From: Antedon mediterranea
Taxonomy: Eukaryota; Animalia; Echinodermata
Assembly: GCF_964355755.1 (NCBI RefSeq)
Contig: NC_092673.1
Span: 27,587,648-27,651,647 of the forward strand
Direction of reading: 5' to 3'
Length of the DNA: 64,000 nt
Shown here: piece after piece, positions 24,201-34,585 of the stretch
Numbering within the stretch: the first letter of the stretch is position 1
How the letters are laid out: each line of letters opens with the position of its first letter
Notes under the pieces: generated by a model
The model's database searches: none
The model's input: the letters and a program-made list of their open reading frames with translations, nothing else
Told to the model about the DNA's origin: nothing
Program-made: the position numbers and the translations under genes

Positions 24201-26314
24201 TGTTGCTACATCTTCTAGTGCTTTAGATGACTTTCCAGATAGTGGGACTAACACAGGTTTGCCCTTGGTCTTGTCATTACCAAACGACCACCCAACTGGT
24301 TCTTGTGCAGCTTTATCTTCTGTCTCTGGTGCTTCCTGTAGAATAGCATGAGCCAATGCTCCAGCAAAGCCAAAACTGTTAACACCAATTATTCTCTTCC
24401 CTGTACGTGGGAGTGGTTCAACCTCAGTCTGTACTTTCAGCTTCCAGTCGTCTAAATGAATGTGTGGATTTGCTGTTGTGTAGTTGATGTTTGGTACTAA
24501 TGATCCTTTGTTTAGCATCAGTGCTGCTTTTATTGTAGCAACAGCTCCTGCAGCACATTCACTGTGACCAAAGTTTCCCTTGACGGATCCAATCCTCAGA
24601 GGCTCTTTACGATGAGAACTGAATGCTCTTCCGATAGCTTCTGCTTCAATTGGGTCTCCAACTGGTGTACCAGTACCATGAGCTTCAAGGTAATTCACAT
24701 CAGCCATGTTGATACCAAATCGTTTGTATGTTTTTTCCATCGTGTGTTGTTGTGCTACCATCGAGGGCATAGTAAGACTCTGACTGTAACCGTTGGCGGC
24801 AATTGATATTCCGACGATAGAAGCATAGACGTGATCATTATCTTTAAGTGCTTGGTCTAAGGGTTTAAGAATCATAGTACCCCATCCTTCCCCTCTCACG
24901 TAACCTTTGGCTGAGGCAGAAAATGGACAGCTTTTTCCATCTGGTGAAAGTACGCCAAGTGCACTGAAGGCAACAGATGTTTCTGGAATAATTAAAGCAT
25001 TGGCACCAGCAAGTACGGCAACATCACATTCCTTCCTTTGAAGAGCGGAGCAGGCGAGCTGCATAGCAGTCATGGAAGATGCACAAGCGGTGTCTACAGC
25101 AAAGCTAGGCCCCTTCAGGTTAAAAGCGTATGATATCCTGTTTGCGGCCACGCTATGTGCAGCACCCGTCAACATGTAGGCGTTGATCGTTGAAGTATGA
25201 CACGTCTGTATACTGTAGTCCATCAGTCCAATGCCAACGTACACACCACACGTAGACTTCAATTCATCGGGAACAATTCCGGCATCTTCAAAGGCTTCGT
25301 GGGTAACCTCTAGTAAAATTCTCTGCTGGGGATCCATCGATGATGCCTCTTTTGGTGAAATCTTGAAGAATGTGTTATCGAACTGGTCAATTCCATCGAT
25401 GAATGCACTTCGCCTGCACACCATCTTGCCTTGTTTGGTTTGGTCACTATCGTGGAAGGTGTCGAGTGACCAACGGTCAGATGGGATCTCAGTTACGCAA
25501 TCTCTGCCATTTCGAAGGACCTCCCAGAAGTCATCTGGTGATGTCACACCGCCAGGCATTCTACATCCTGTAGTAGATTCAATATTTAAAACATTTAAAA
25601 TGCTGTTTACAGTTAAGAATCCGTTGTTAATTATAGTTCAGTTTATTGCATATATTCATTATAGCAAATGCTGGTTGGCGCAAATTAGAAGGAAATACAA
25701 AATTATTCATGTAAGTTATACAGTATCTAAGCCAGTGTCGACAAATATTGGATTGACAGATAAGTAAGGTATGGGTATACAAGCCAGAGTTCTTGAACGA
25801 AATAAATGAATTAAATTGAAATAGGCACAACATAATTTGTAACTGTAAAATCACTTAATGTTCTATAGACGACGATTTGGTTTAATATTCCTAAAGCTCT
25901 GTCTACACTATCAAACTAGATTGACAAAAAGTGTAATATGCCCATATATAAGCACATCACATTTTATGTCACATAAAGTTTGATAGTGTAGACAGAACTA
26001 ACAAAAACATTTGTATTAGTACTTGCTTATTTATTTTTAAAAAGAATTATTGTATAAAAAGTAATTTTTCTAAAGCTTGGTTCCCACTTGGTAAAGTAAT
26101 TTGACCAATCACGACGCGATGGATCACCCGAACTGTCGCATGTGATTGGTCAACTTACTTGGTTATGCCTAGTCGTTGCGTTTTGGGAACCAATATTAAC
26201 GAGTAGATGCCCTCTAAATAGGAGTTCTATAAATTAGTAATAAAATATCTGTAACTTACCCATGCCAACAATGGCGACTGGGCGAAAGTAATCGTTTCCA
26301 TTTCCAATATCCAT
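18220..26314 (-). CDS. pks1: Iterative type I polyketide synthase (animal PKS, echinoderm pigment PKS1-like; KS-AT-DH-cMT-ER-KR-ACP), 3 exons, ~2400 aa
   Basis: Exons 26314-26260 (MDIGNGNDYFRPVAIVGMG), 25567-18771 and 18570-18220 have GT-AG junctions in phase. KS: DTACASS, EAHGTGT, KGNFGHSE. AT: FPGQGQQW, GHSLG, AFHT. DH: LADHVVKDKVVFPAAG. MT-like: LEIGGRMGG. ER: LIHSACGGVG. KR: YIITGGFGGIG, GHASQPMYITAN. ACP: YGVDSLMAVE. No TE. The gene symbol is assigned by architecture only. Confidence 0.93.
25894..25998. mobile_element. Harbinger/PIF-like MITE copy in PKS intron 1
   Basis: agctctgtctacactatcaaact ... agtttgatagtgtagacaga. Confidence 0.8.
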
Positions 26315-27284
26315 GTTATTTTGTTGTTAGTTGTTACTTCTTTACAATCTTTAAAAAAAAACATTTTATATTTTACACTATTATGCCTATATGCTTTTGT
26401 AGAAAAAAAAAAGATAGAATAAAATAAGTAATCATTACTGTATCTAACGGCAAATTCCGTGCTGGAGTATCTTTTTTTACACGTGGCTCCTGTAACCTTC
26501 CATGATACAGCCATCACATGAGCTTACTGTTTCATGGAATTTGCCTATGATACAGGACTATTTAGATACAGATACATGTCATATGTGGAGATACAGTACT
26601 GAGAATTGGGTGCATTGGATGCAGTATAATAACTGAAAGGTTTATTAATTGTTCAATAATAGTTTTAAACTTTACATTGATAATGCATAACGAAGAGAAT
26701 TAAGAGACCGGAAGCATACAACTTTATAATAATGAACATTTCACATTATTCAAATAATTTACCACTAAGAATGCAATTAAATTATTCATAACCATAAATT
26801 TAAATTTATCTACGATATAGCCTAAATATTTGTTTTTGATTATGGAAGTATTTGATTCAATATATTAATTCATTAGTTAAAATAAATAAATAATATATAC
26901 AGTATGGGCTGTATAGATAGTTGTTTCAGAAAAAAAAATAAAAATTAGTATTTGACATAAATTATAGGTATTAGATACTGAAATTAATAATTGGCGTAGA
27001 TTTATGTTTGCTTACGTTGTCAATTAGTTGCTCCCACGCAAGGGCTTAAGCCCACTGTAAGTAATTTGACCAATCACGGCGTGGTTATTGTGACTGTCAT
27101 TTGTGATTGGTGAACACATTACGTTGCGCAGTGATAAATATGCTTTATACACACATACGTCATTTCATTATGTAATTATTTAATGTTGTGCTATTTATAG
27201 AATAAAATTATGTTCAGTCATTATATATCGTTAGGCAAAATAGTTCGTATAGTTTTGTCAATTTTGACAACATATTCGTTAAAG

Positions 27285-27655
27285 TGGCGAGTGAGTGGCC
27301 GAGCGGTTAAGACAGTGGAACCGTAATTACGTAGCCATAACATCGGCAAGGGTTCGAGGCTCCACTCACTCCATGGTTCTGGTGGTAGAACGAGTCTTCT
27401 CGGATAAGGACTATAAACCGTAGGTCCAGTGTACACATAGCTCATGCGCACTTTAAAGAACCTAGTACATCTTTCGAGACGAGTAGGGGGTTACCCCGGT
27501 GTACTAGTCCACACAAACACAGCCACTGTCACACACAGCCACCGTGCAAATTGGGACTGGACCGTTTTAGAGGTGTTTACCACCTGTTGGTCCCGATCCT
27601 TCACTAACTGAGTTAGTGAGAAGTCGAATAAATAAAATATAAAAATAAAAAATAA
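27285..27655 (+). mobile_element. tRNA-derived SINE with Deu/Nin-like central domain
   Basis: A box tggccgagcggtt, B box ggttcgagg, then ggataaggactataaaccgtaggtcc...ttaaagaacc...gagtagggggttaccccggtgt, resembling the deuterostome SINE core, and an A-rich tail. A decayed antisense copy lies at ~55700-55870. Confidence 0.75.
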
Positions 27656-28492
27656 CTTAGGTAGCCTATAAAAGGTTATTACTTTATTAATTACGGTACT
27701 ACCGTACCAGCATATGCAAACTGTCAGAAGTTAAGACGTTTCTTGTTTTGTGTGGTTCATTTTGCGTACTTAAAACAACAGTTATGACTACCAGCACATC
27801 TATTATACATACTTAGTTATGTATATTTACATACTTATTTTTACCTGTGTACATTTGCATTATACATAATATAACAATCCTATACACTATAAATAAATCC
27901 TAGAATAATATGATTAAGTATATTGCCTGTTCGGTACTAATTGATTAATTAATTAATTCCTTAGTTGCTGGTTTTACTAGTAAACAATCGTTCAATGTGT
28001 ATACTTGTTTACTTATGGTATATCTATATACCTATCATGTAGTCAAATGAAATCATCATTTTAGAGAATTCTGAACATAAAATGGTAATCATTACTAATA
28101 CAAATCAATTGGTTGCTTGTATAGTAAATATTTGCTTATTTTTTTCTTATTTTTCTTACCTAGATGATTGATTGATTGATTGATTCTTTTATTTTTTCAC
28201 ACAACATTCATAAAAATATAAATAAAAAATTAAGTACAATAAAGTGTGAAAAACAGGGTAACCACAAGCAAGCAAAGCTTTTAATCTGTGGCACCCTAAC
28301 TTAAAATATAAATTTACAAATATATTACAAAAATGTTTTCATGTAGTAAATAAATGAACGAAAATACAACGTACTATAATATAATATATACTGGTGCGCG
28401 TCCGTACAACTGAGGACTAGTGCTGTTCCGCCGTACCACGCCGAGAATGTTAGAGAGTCGCTATCCAATCAAGTTCGAACAATACCATGAAA

Positions 28493-28564
28493 GCCCCAGT
28501 GGTCTAATGGTTAGGACATCTGCATATCAAGCAGGCGGTCCGAATTCGAGTCTCGGTTGGGGCG
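28493..28564 (+). tRNA. tRNA-Asp-like sequence, anticodon ATC (probably repeat-borne pseudo-tRNA), copy 1
   Basis: Cloverleaf: GCCCCAG/TTGGGGC acceptor, GTC-TAATGGTTAG-GAC D arm, TCTGC-ATATCAA-GCAGG anticodon arm, CCGAA-TTCGAGT-CTCGG T arm (1 mismatch), followed by a T-run. Confidence 0.55.
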
Positions 28565-28862
28565 ACTTTTTCTCATTCTCACAGATTTCCTCATCTTTAT
28601 CGTTTCAAATTAATTAATTAAATTTCAGTATATCACCGGGCGGTTTAGAATTAATGTTCTGTGCCTGATTTGTTTAGGCCTATATATATAAAAGTATCTC
28701 TTCTGAGATCCCGCCTCGTGAATAAAAATACTGTAAGATGAGGGCGTATCAATTTGATCTCTGGTGCGCGTGCGTACAACTGAGGACTAGTGCTGTTCCG
28801 CCGTACCACGCCGAGAATGTTAAAGAGTCGCTATCCAATCGAGTTCGAACAATACCATGAAA

Positions 28863-28934
28863 GTCCCAGTGGTCTAATGGTTAGGACATCTGCATATCAA
28901 GCAGGCGGTCCGAGTTCGAGTCTCGGTTGGGGCG
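28863..28934 (+). tRNA. tRNA-Asp-like sequence, anticodon ATC (probably repeat-borne pseudo-tRNA), copy 2
   Basis: Same cloverleaf with a perfect T arm CCGAG-TTCGAGT-CTCGG and one extra G-U pair in the acceptor stem. Confidence 0.55.
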
Positions 28935-29041
28935 ACTTTTTCTCATTCTCACATATTTCCTCATCTTTATCGTTTCAAATTAATTAATTAAATTTCAGTA
29001 TATCACCGGGCGGTTTAGAATTAATGTTCTGTGCCTGATTT

Positions 29042-29072
<31 letters not shown>

Positions 29073-29109
29073 CTTCACAGTCTCAGAATATATACGAAAA
29101 TGTAATTAA

Positions 29110-29298
29110 TTAAGTTAATGTTAGACATATTTTACAAATGTTGTTTTCGCAAAGATATGCTGTTTCTTTATAACTATTAATGCATTTAGTTAGTAATAGT
29201 TTTTTAAATATTGATATATTTTTACTCTCTCTTATATTATTTCTTATAAGTTGATTCCATAGCTTAGGTCCTCTATATGCTATACTTTGCTGACCCAT
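29110..29298 (-). mobile_element. CR1/L2-like LINE extreme 3' fragment
   Basis: SIAYRGPKLWNQL...SKNISIFKKLL is the typical LINE ORF2 C-terminus. A (tgat)n-type tail at ~28160-28300 appears separated from it by the tRNA-bearing repeat. Confidence 0.6.
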
Positions 29299-30694
29299 TA
29301 AACAAATGATTTCATTATTATTTTATAAATTAATGTGCCGCTCGAGTTATCTCCAAGTAGTAGGGGTGTGATTTGATTTGAATTTATTAGGAAAATCATC
29401 ATAAACAAGACATAAGTGGTAACATAAATTACTGACATTACAAATAAATACATTTATAATAGATTTTCCAGGATAGCCCAAAAAGCTATAAGCTTATTTC
29501 CATTGGGATCCTTTTATAATCTAAATATAAATGTTACAAAGTATTGTATTCAATACTTTAAAGCTCAGGTACAGGCATGAATTTTAAATATAATATTTGG
29601 TTAATTGTACATAAATCAAATATTTGTAACAGAAATCAAGACGAAAAAACATGAATTTCCCTTAATATGGCCAAATACAACATTTTGCAAAATTATTCCA
29701 TAAAAACCAGGAAGACCTTTTTTCAGTAGTTAGGTAGTTAACTTAATGTAATAACATGTCTTGTGACTCCCTAGAAGGTGAAAAAAGATGGTGGATATAC
29801 GGTGAATAATTTTTGCTATAGCATGAAAATAAAAATTTGAAGTTGAATAAAAATTCCAGAAATGTAATATTCAAGTTATATTACCTATACTTAGTCATCT
29901 GCTAAAATTTTTTACCACACTGTTTATTTTTCGTAGCTTTTTAAAATGCCTCTCTATTTACAAACTTTGTGTACAAAAGAATAGAGATTTTACTGTGTAA
30001 TTTGAACTATTCCCCCACTGATAAGAAAGTGCTTATTTTCAACAAGCTCGTGTAACACAAATAAAATCCCAAAAATTATGAAACATAGGGGAAACTATAG
30101 ATCGATAATTATTGGAATGTATGATCAATAGAAATGTTTTGCCTTTAATGTAACAACAACAATAATGGGTGTCTAGAAAACTCAGCTCAGATCTCAGATA
30201 TATCTGACTTTTCTAGATCTAAAAAAAGTCAGATATCTGAGTTTTCTCTAGATCTAGAAAACTCAGATATCAATATCTGACTTTTCTAGTTCCAACAATA
30301 ATATTTAAAATAAGTTAATTAAAAAGACTTAATTAACTTAAAATTATTTGGTTGAACAGAAATTCAATTTAACAGATTTCTTAGAATTACTTTTGTTTGG
30401 GGGTTGGTCGGTGTGTTAAAACATATATTATTTGGTTCACTTAATTATTAATGACGTCTCCTTTGATTTCCCTAAAGCAAAAATATAGTCAAATTGGTTT
30501 CCAGTCAATGGGTTTTTAGTTGAATTTTATCGTTTATTTTGTCACTTTATATAAGTGAAAACATTATTTGTTAAGGTTTTTTACTACCGAAGTGATTAAC
30601 TTTGTTAAAACAAGATGGCCTAAACGAAGTCTTATTTATTAATTTTCATTTTTCATATTTGTGAGAGATGATACGAACATGCATTTGATACAAT

Positions 30695-31010
30695 AATTGA
30701 AAATCATTAATTAAAGCCTAGCTTTAGTTGTATTATGTTCAAAATCTATTTACACTACTACTTGTATTCAGGCACATGGATAGAAATTAACTCTTTTTTT
30801 CTACTAGAAAACATTTAGTTCAAAATCAAACTCAAGCAAAAACAATAACTGAAAATCATTAATTGATTTGAAATAGGCCTAGCTTTAGTTGTATTATCGG
30901 TTTTTATCAAATACTATTTACACTACTACTACTGCATCCAGGCACATGGATAGAAATTAACTTTTTTCCTACTAGAAAACATTTAGTTCAAAATCAAACT
31001 CAAGCAAAAA
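30695..31010. repeat. Two tandem ~165-bp repeats
   Basis: gaaaatcattaatt...gcctagctttagttgtattat...caggcacatggatagaaattaact...caaaatcaaactcaagcaaaa is duplicated. Confidence 0.8.
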
Positions 31011-33609
31011 AAAAGCAAGCAAGCAAATTTGTTAACAATTAATTGATTTTTCAATTAATTTGCAGGCATCAAGTACTTAATAGTACTAGACTAAAAGTAG
31101 CTATAAACAAAATATAACTAAGAAAACATTAACTAGTTTTTAACTACTTACGGTATGAAAAACTACTATATCGAAGGGTAAATTTCGAGCCCTGGACATG
31201 AGTGAAAAAACAATTTATACCCAAAAACATTGTTCATGGCAATATTGTGTTTTAAATTGTATACCAGTCAATAAAAAATACATAAGTGGTAACATAAATT
31301 ACTGACATTACAAATAAATACATTTATAATAGATTTTCCAGGATAGCCCAAAAAGCTATAAGCTTATTTCCATTGGGTCCATTCATGAGTGAAAAAAACA
31401 ATTTATACCCAAAAACATTGTTCATGGCAATATTGTGTTTTAAATTTTATACCAGTCAATAAAATATTTACAATAAATCAAATAGAATTAAGGGAAATGT
31501 TAAGATAATTTTTCAAAAGCAAACAACTTAAATGATTATATTAGTAAATTAAATTTAAGAAATTGCCACTGACTATGACATTTTTTAAAAAGCAAACAAT
31601 AAACAATTTTAGTAATAGTAAAATATTTCAGAAATTGCGACTGACTAGTTATGACATTTGTTTTAAGCAAACAAAAACTAACAATTTGAATTATATATAG
31701 TAAAGTATTTCAGAAATTAAGACTGGCTTACCGGAATAAAATACTGTGGGACGTACCAATGGTGTAGCACAAGCAAAACTTGAGGTAGGTATGCGATTAT
31801 CCTCCAACAACGCTAAGTATTTAAGGACCTCCGTCGCAATTATACTTTCAAATTTTAGCCCGCTTATTCAATGTTAGAATAACATGTATTATTTTGTGAA
31901 ATTTCCTGGTACAAAAAATAACTATTACCGTACCGTATCTATTAGCATATCCGTCTAGTTAAATTTACACACAACACAAATAGGTTAAGCTTCCAAGTTT
32001 ATTCAGAGTATCCATATTTAACAATACAAAATATTTATTTCTACTGATACTGTACAAGCAATGCTAAAAACTACTAAAGCTTAATAATAAACTACATTGT
32101 GGCCTCTTGGGGGCTACCACTCATATGACATCGCTGTATGAAAGGAAAAAATTATATTATGTAAAACGATCAAAGTAAGAATGTTCATTGTTCTCCTATT
32201 AAAGGCACTAAGGGCATGCCATAAATACGCTCGTTTGGATTAAGTTTTTGTTGCTAAATTCATCGTTTATAACATAAATTCGGATGATTTTTGCTATAAA
32301 ATTTGGGTTTTCATAATTAATTAACCATTATCTATTATCGTTTGGTAGGTATTTGCAACATTCTGAGTTCCTTTTGTTTCCGTTTTGGTGTTTATATAGG
32401 AGACCATCCATACCCTTCGCGAGCGTGTACTAACGCCTCAAATTGCTTAGCTTGGGTAGTCCCCGGAACTCCACCCCAAACTCCTCTTTTACTTTCGCAA
32501 AAATGCTCTTATTTATTATCTGTGATTCTTTTCTATTCCCTGCCATCCTTCCCCGTACTTTCTCTCCCCCGTACTTTCTCTCCCCCCACAACTGAATAAC
32601 ATATCTTGTGATTTCATTCATCCACATACATGTTCACTTCTTCGTTCGACTGTCAAAACCACGAGGAAAACACACATCGTATGCGACGGTATCTGACCCG
32701 GGGTCACAACTGTCAATCAAATAACCGTTATTTCGTGTTGCAGCTAAGAATTGCTCAGCGATAACCGGTTAAACGGCGTTCTAACAACGATTTAAATTGG
32801 TGTTTTTAACCGGTTATTTTGCGCTGCCTTTTAACCGGTTACCACAAATGTGTCCTGTTTCTGCTGCCAAGAAAATGGAGTTAATTTATTCACACTGATT
32901 TTAATTTATTCACACCGATTTTAACCGGTTATTTTCTATGCAGCAGAAACAGGCCCTGGGCCAGTGTGTTGTCACAGGAGCCAGTAAATCAAATGGTTGT
33001 TATTAAGTATATCGGTAAGGATGTAAGTGACATCCGTTAGGTAAGTTGTGGAATTTGGGGGCAAAATAATTCCCCAGAATTATACCAGCCAAATGAGCGA
33101 ATAAAATGAGTAGAAGCCCCCAAAGACAGTATTTTAGTTATAATAATGTATATTATTTTATTGTTGCTATTGTGGATGAGAACGGAGACATAGAGGGTAT
33201 TGGTGGAAGATGCGCCCAGATAATTGGATGAAGATCCAATGGGAGATAAGCGCTCCCCTAGTTGAACATGTGTATTTGGATGAAGATCCATTTTTTTTTT
33301 TTTTTTACATGAAGCAACAGCAGGGAGGCCAAGATAATAGGATGAAGATCCAATGGGAGGAAAAGCACTACCCTAGCCGAACATGTGTATTAGGAGATCC
33401 ACTTTTTTTTTTTTACAACATGAAGCAGTGGCAGGGAGGTCTTTGAGAATTGGATGAAGATCCAATGGGAAGGTAAGCGCTCCCCTAGTTGAACATGTGT
33501 ATTTTTATTGCTTTTTTTTTGAAGCAGCAGCAGGGAGGCCTGAATGAAGCAGTGGAAATGAGCAAGTGGTGTGAGAGAGGTGAGGAGGAAGGAACGGGAC
33601 GTTCTCACA

Positions 33610-34585
33610 TGTCATTTTGAGCTTCTTTAACTACTTCTAGATTTGTTCTGATGTACCTAATATAGCAGTTGGATGTCCAACGACCCATTGTTTTAATAAC
33701 ATGATCCTCCACTCCTGCAGCCGCAGCTGATGTTGCCGCCCCTATTCTAAACGAATGTCCGTGAAAATGTTGGTAATGACCACAAATTGTAGTATATCAT
33801 GAAGCCAGGATAAGAAAGTTACTCGTGATAAGGGCTCCGTACTAGATTCGTTCTCTAGAAAAAGTGGCGCTAGTGGAGATGCCCCTTGTCTTAACCTAAT
33901 AGCGATGTAGTTAGACATCGTTCGAACGGGACTTAAATTATCGTTTTCGGAAATAGGTATTTCTACCCCTGTTCTAAATGGGCCGGTTTTAGATGCCTTT
34001 AAACGAAGTAAAAAACATTTTGACTCGGGCTTTAATGTAACATCATTAATTTGTAGGTATGCACCTGACCCTCTTATACTTGTAAATTAAAAACCCATAG
34101 AAAGCTAATTTAAAAATACATTGTAACATAATATCTATGAAAGGTGTAATTATTGTCCTACCAGCAGAAAGTATGGCGCACATATCGCTCAGGATTGCTG
34201 ACGTTATCGGGGCGCGTTTTGCCTTACAGGTGTTTTGCGACTTCTTAATCCCTCGTAACACATAGTGGAGTCTGTTTTCCCCCACTGTAACATCTCGTAA
34301 ACCTGCTTTAATATAGTGGAAACGTATTCCCGCCAGATACAAGTTAATTGTTTCAAATTTCAGATCTAGCGCTTTTTGGCAGTGGGTAACAAAGTATATA
34401 AGTTGGTCCTCGTCAATTAGCGGAAGTGTTGCTTTCTTTACTGGTACGCCTGACATGGTCAAGAATGTTAGGAAACACCGCAATGCAGATTTATATACTC
34501 TCTTCGTAGAATAAGAAATAGAGTTGTCCCATAACTGTTCAACTTGTAGTTTCAATTCATTAGAAGCTCTGAATGGTGTACGCAT
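33610..34585 (-). pseudogene. DIRS/Ngaro tyrosine recombinase (disrupted)
   Basis: STKRVY...YLAGIRFHY...LRGIKK...RAPIT...LAFYGFL, then a break, then LKASKTGPFRTG...GHSFRIGAATSAAAAG...IKTMGRWTSNCYIRYIR. Confidence 0.85.

Larger units (their letters stand above)
28391..29071 (+). repeat. Two tandem ~285-bp copies of a (TA)n-flanked repeat carrying an internal tRNA-like sequence
   Basis: 28391-28675 and 28761-29045 are near identical; (TA)n on both sides; a partial antisense copy at ~63291-63392. Confidence 0.9.

Noticed and set aside
18735-25559. Bacterial or fungal contamination, or recent horizontal transfer of the PKS; or fatty acid synthase
   Set aside because: The gene has in-phase spliceosomal introns containing the same MITE family as neighbouring host genes. 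It lacks the FAS thioesterase, and its layout matches known animal PKSs.
19235-25767. Numerous short ORFs overlapping the PKS on either strand
   Set aside because: Shadow frames of a long coding exon with no recognisable motifs.
28420-28987. Duplicated 65-aa ORFs as small proteins
   Set aside because: They start at GTG and are translations through a tRNA-like repeat; there is no coding evidence.
30167-30290. Palindrome-rich patch (gggtgtctagaaaactcag...agatct repeats) as a structured RNA
   Set aside because: It resembles the terminus of the Mutator-like element at 11171 and is probably an orphan transposon end; no partner end was found.
32100-32700. Possible transposase or gene remnant (ORFs 32342..32599, 32430..32627)
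   Set aside because: No identifiable motif or consistent splice structure could be established by eye.
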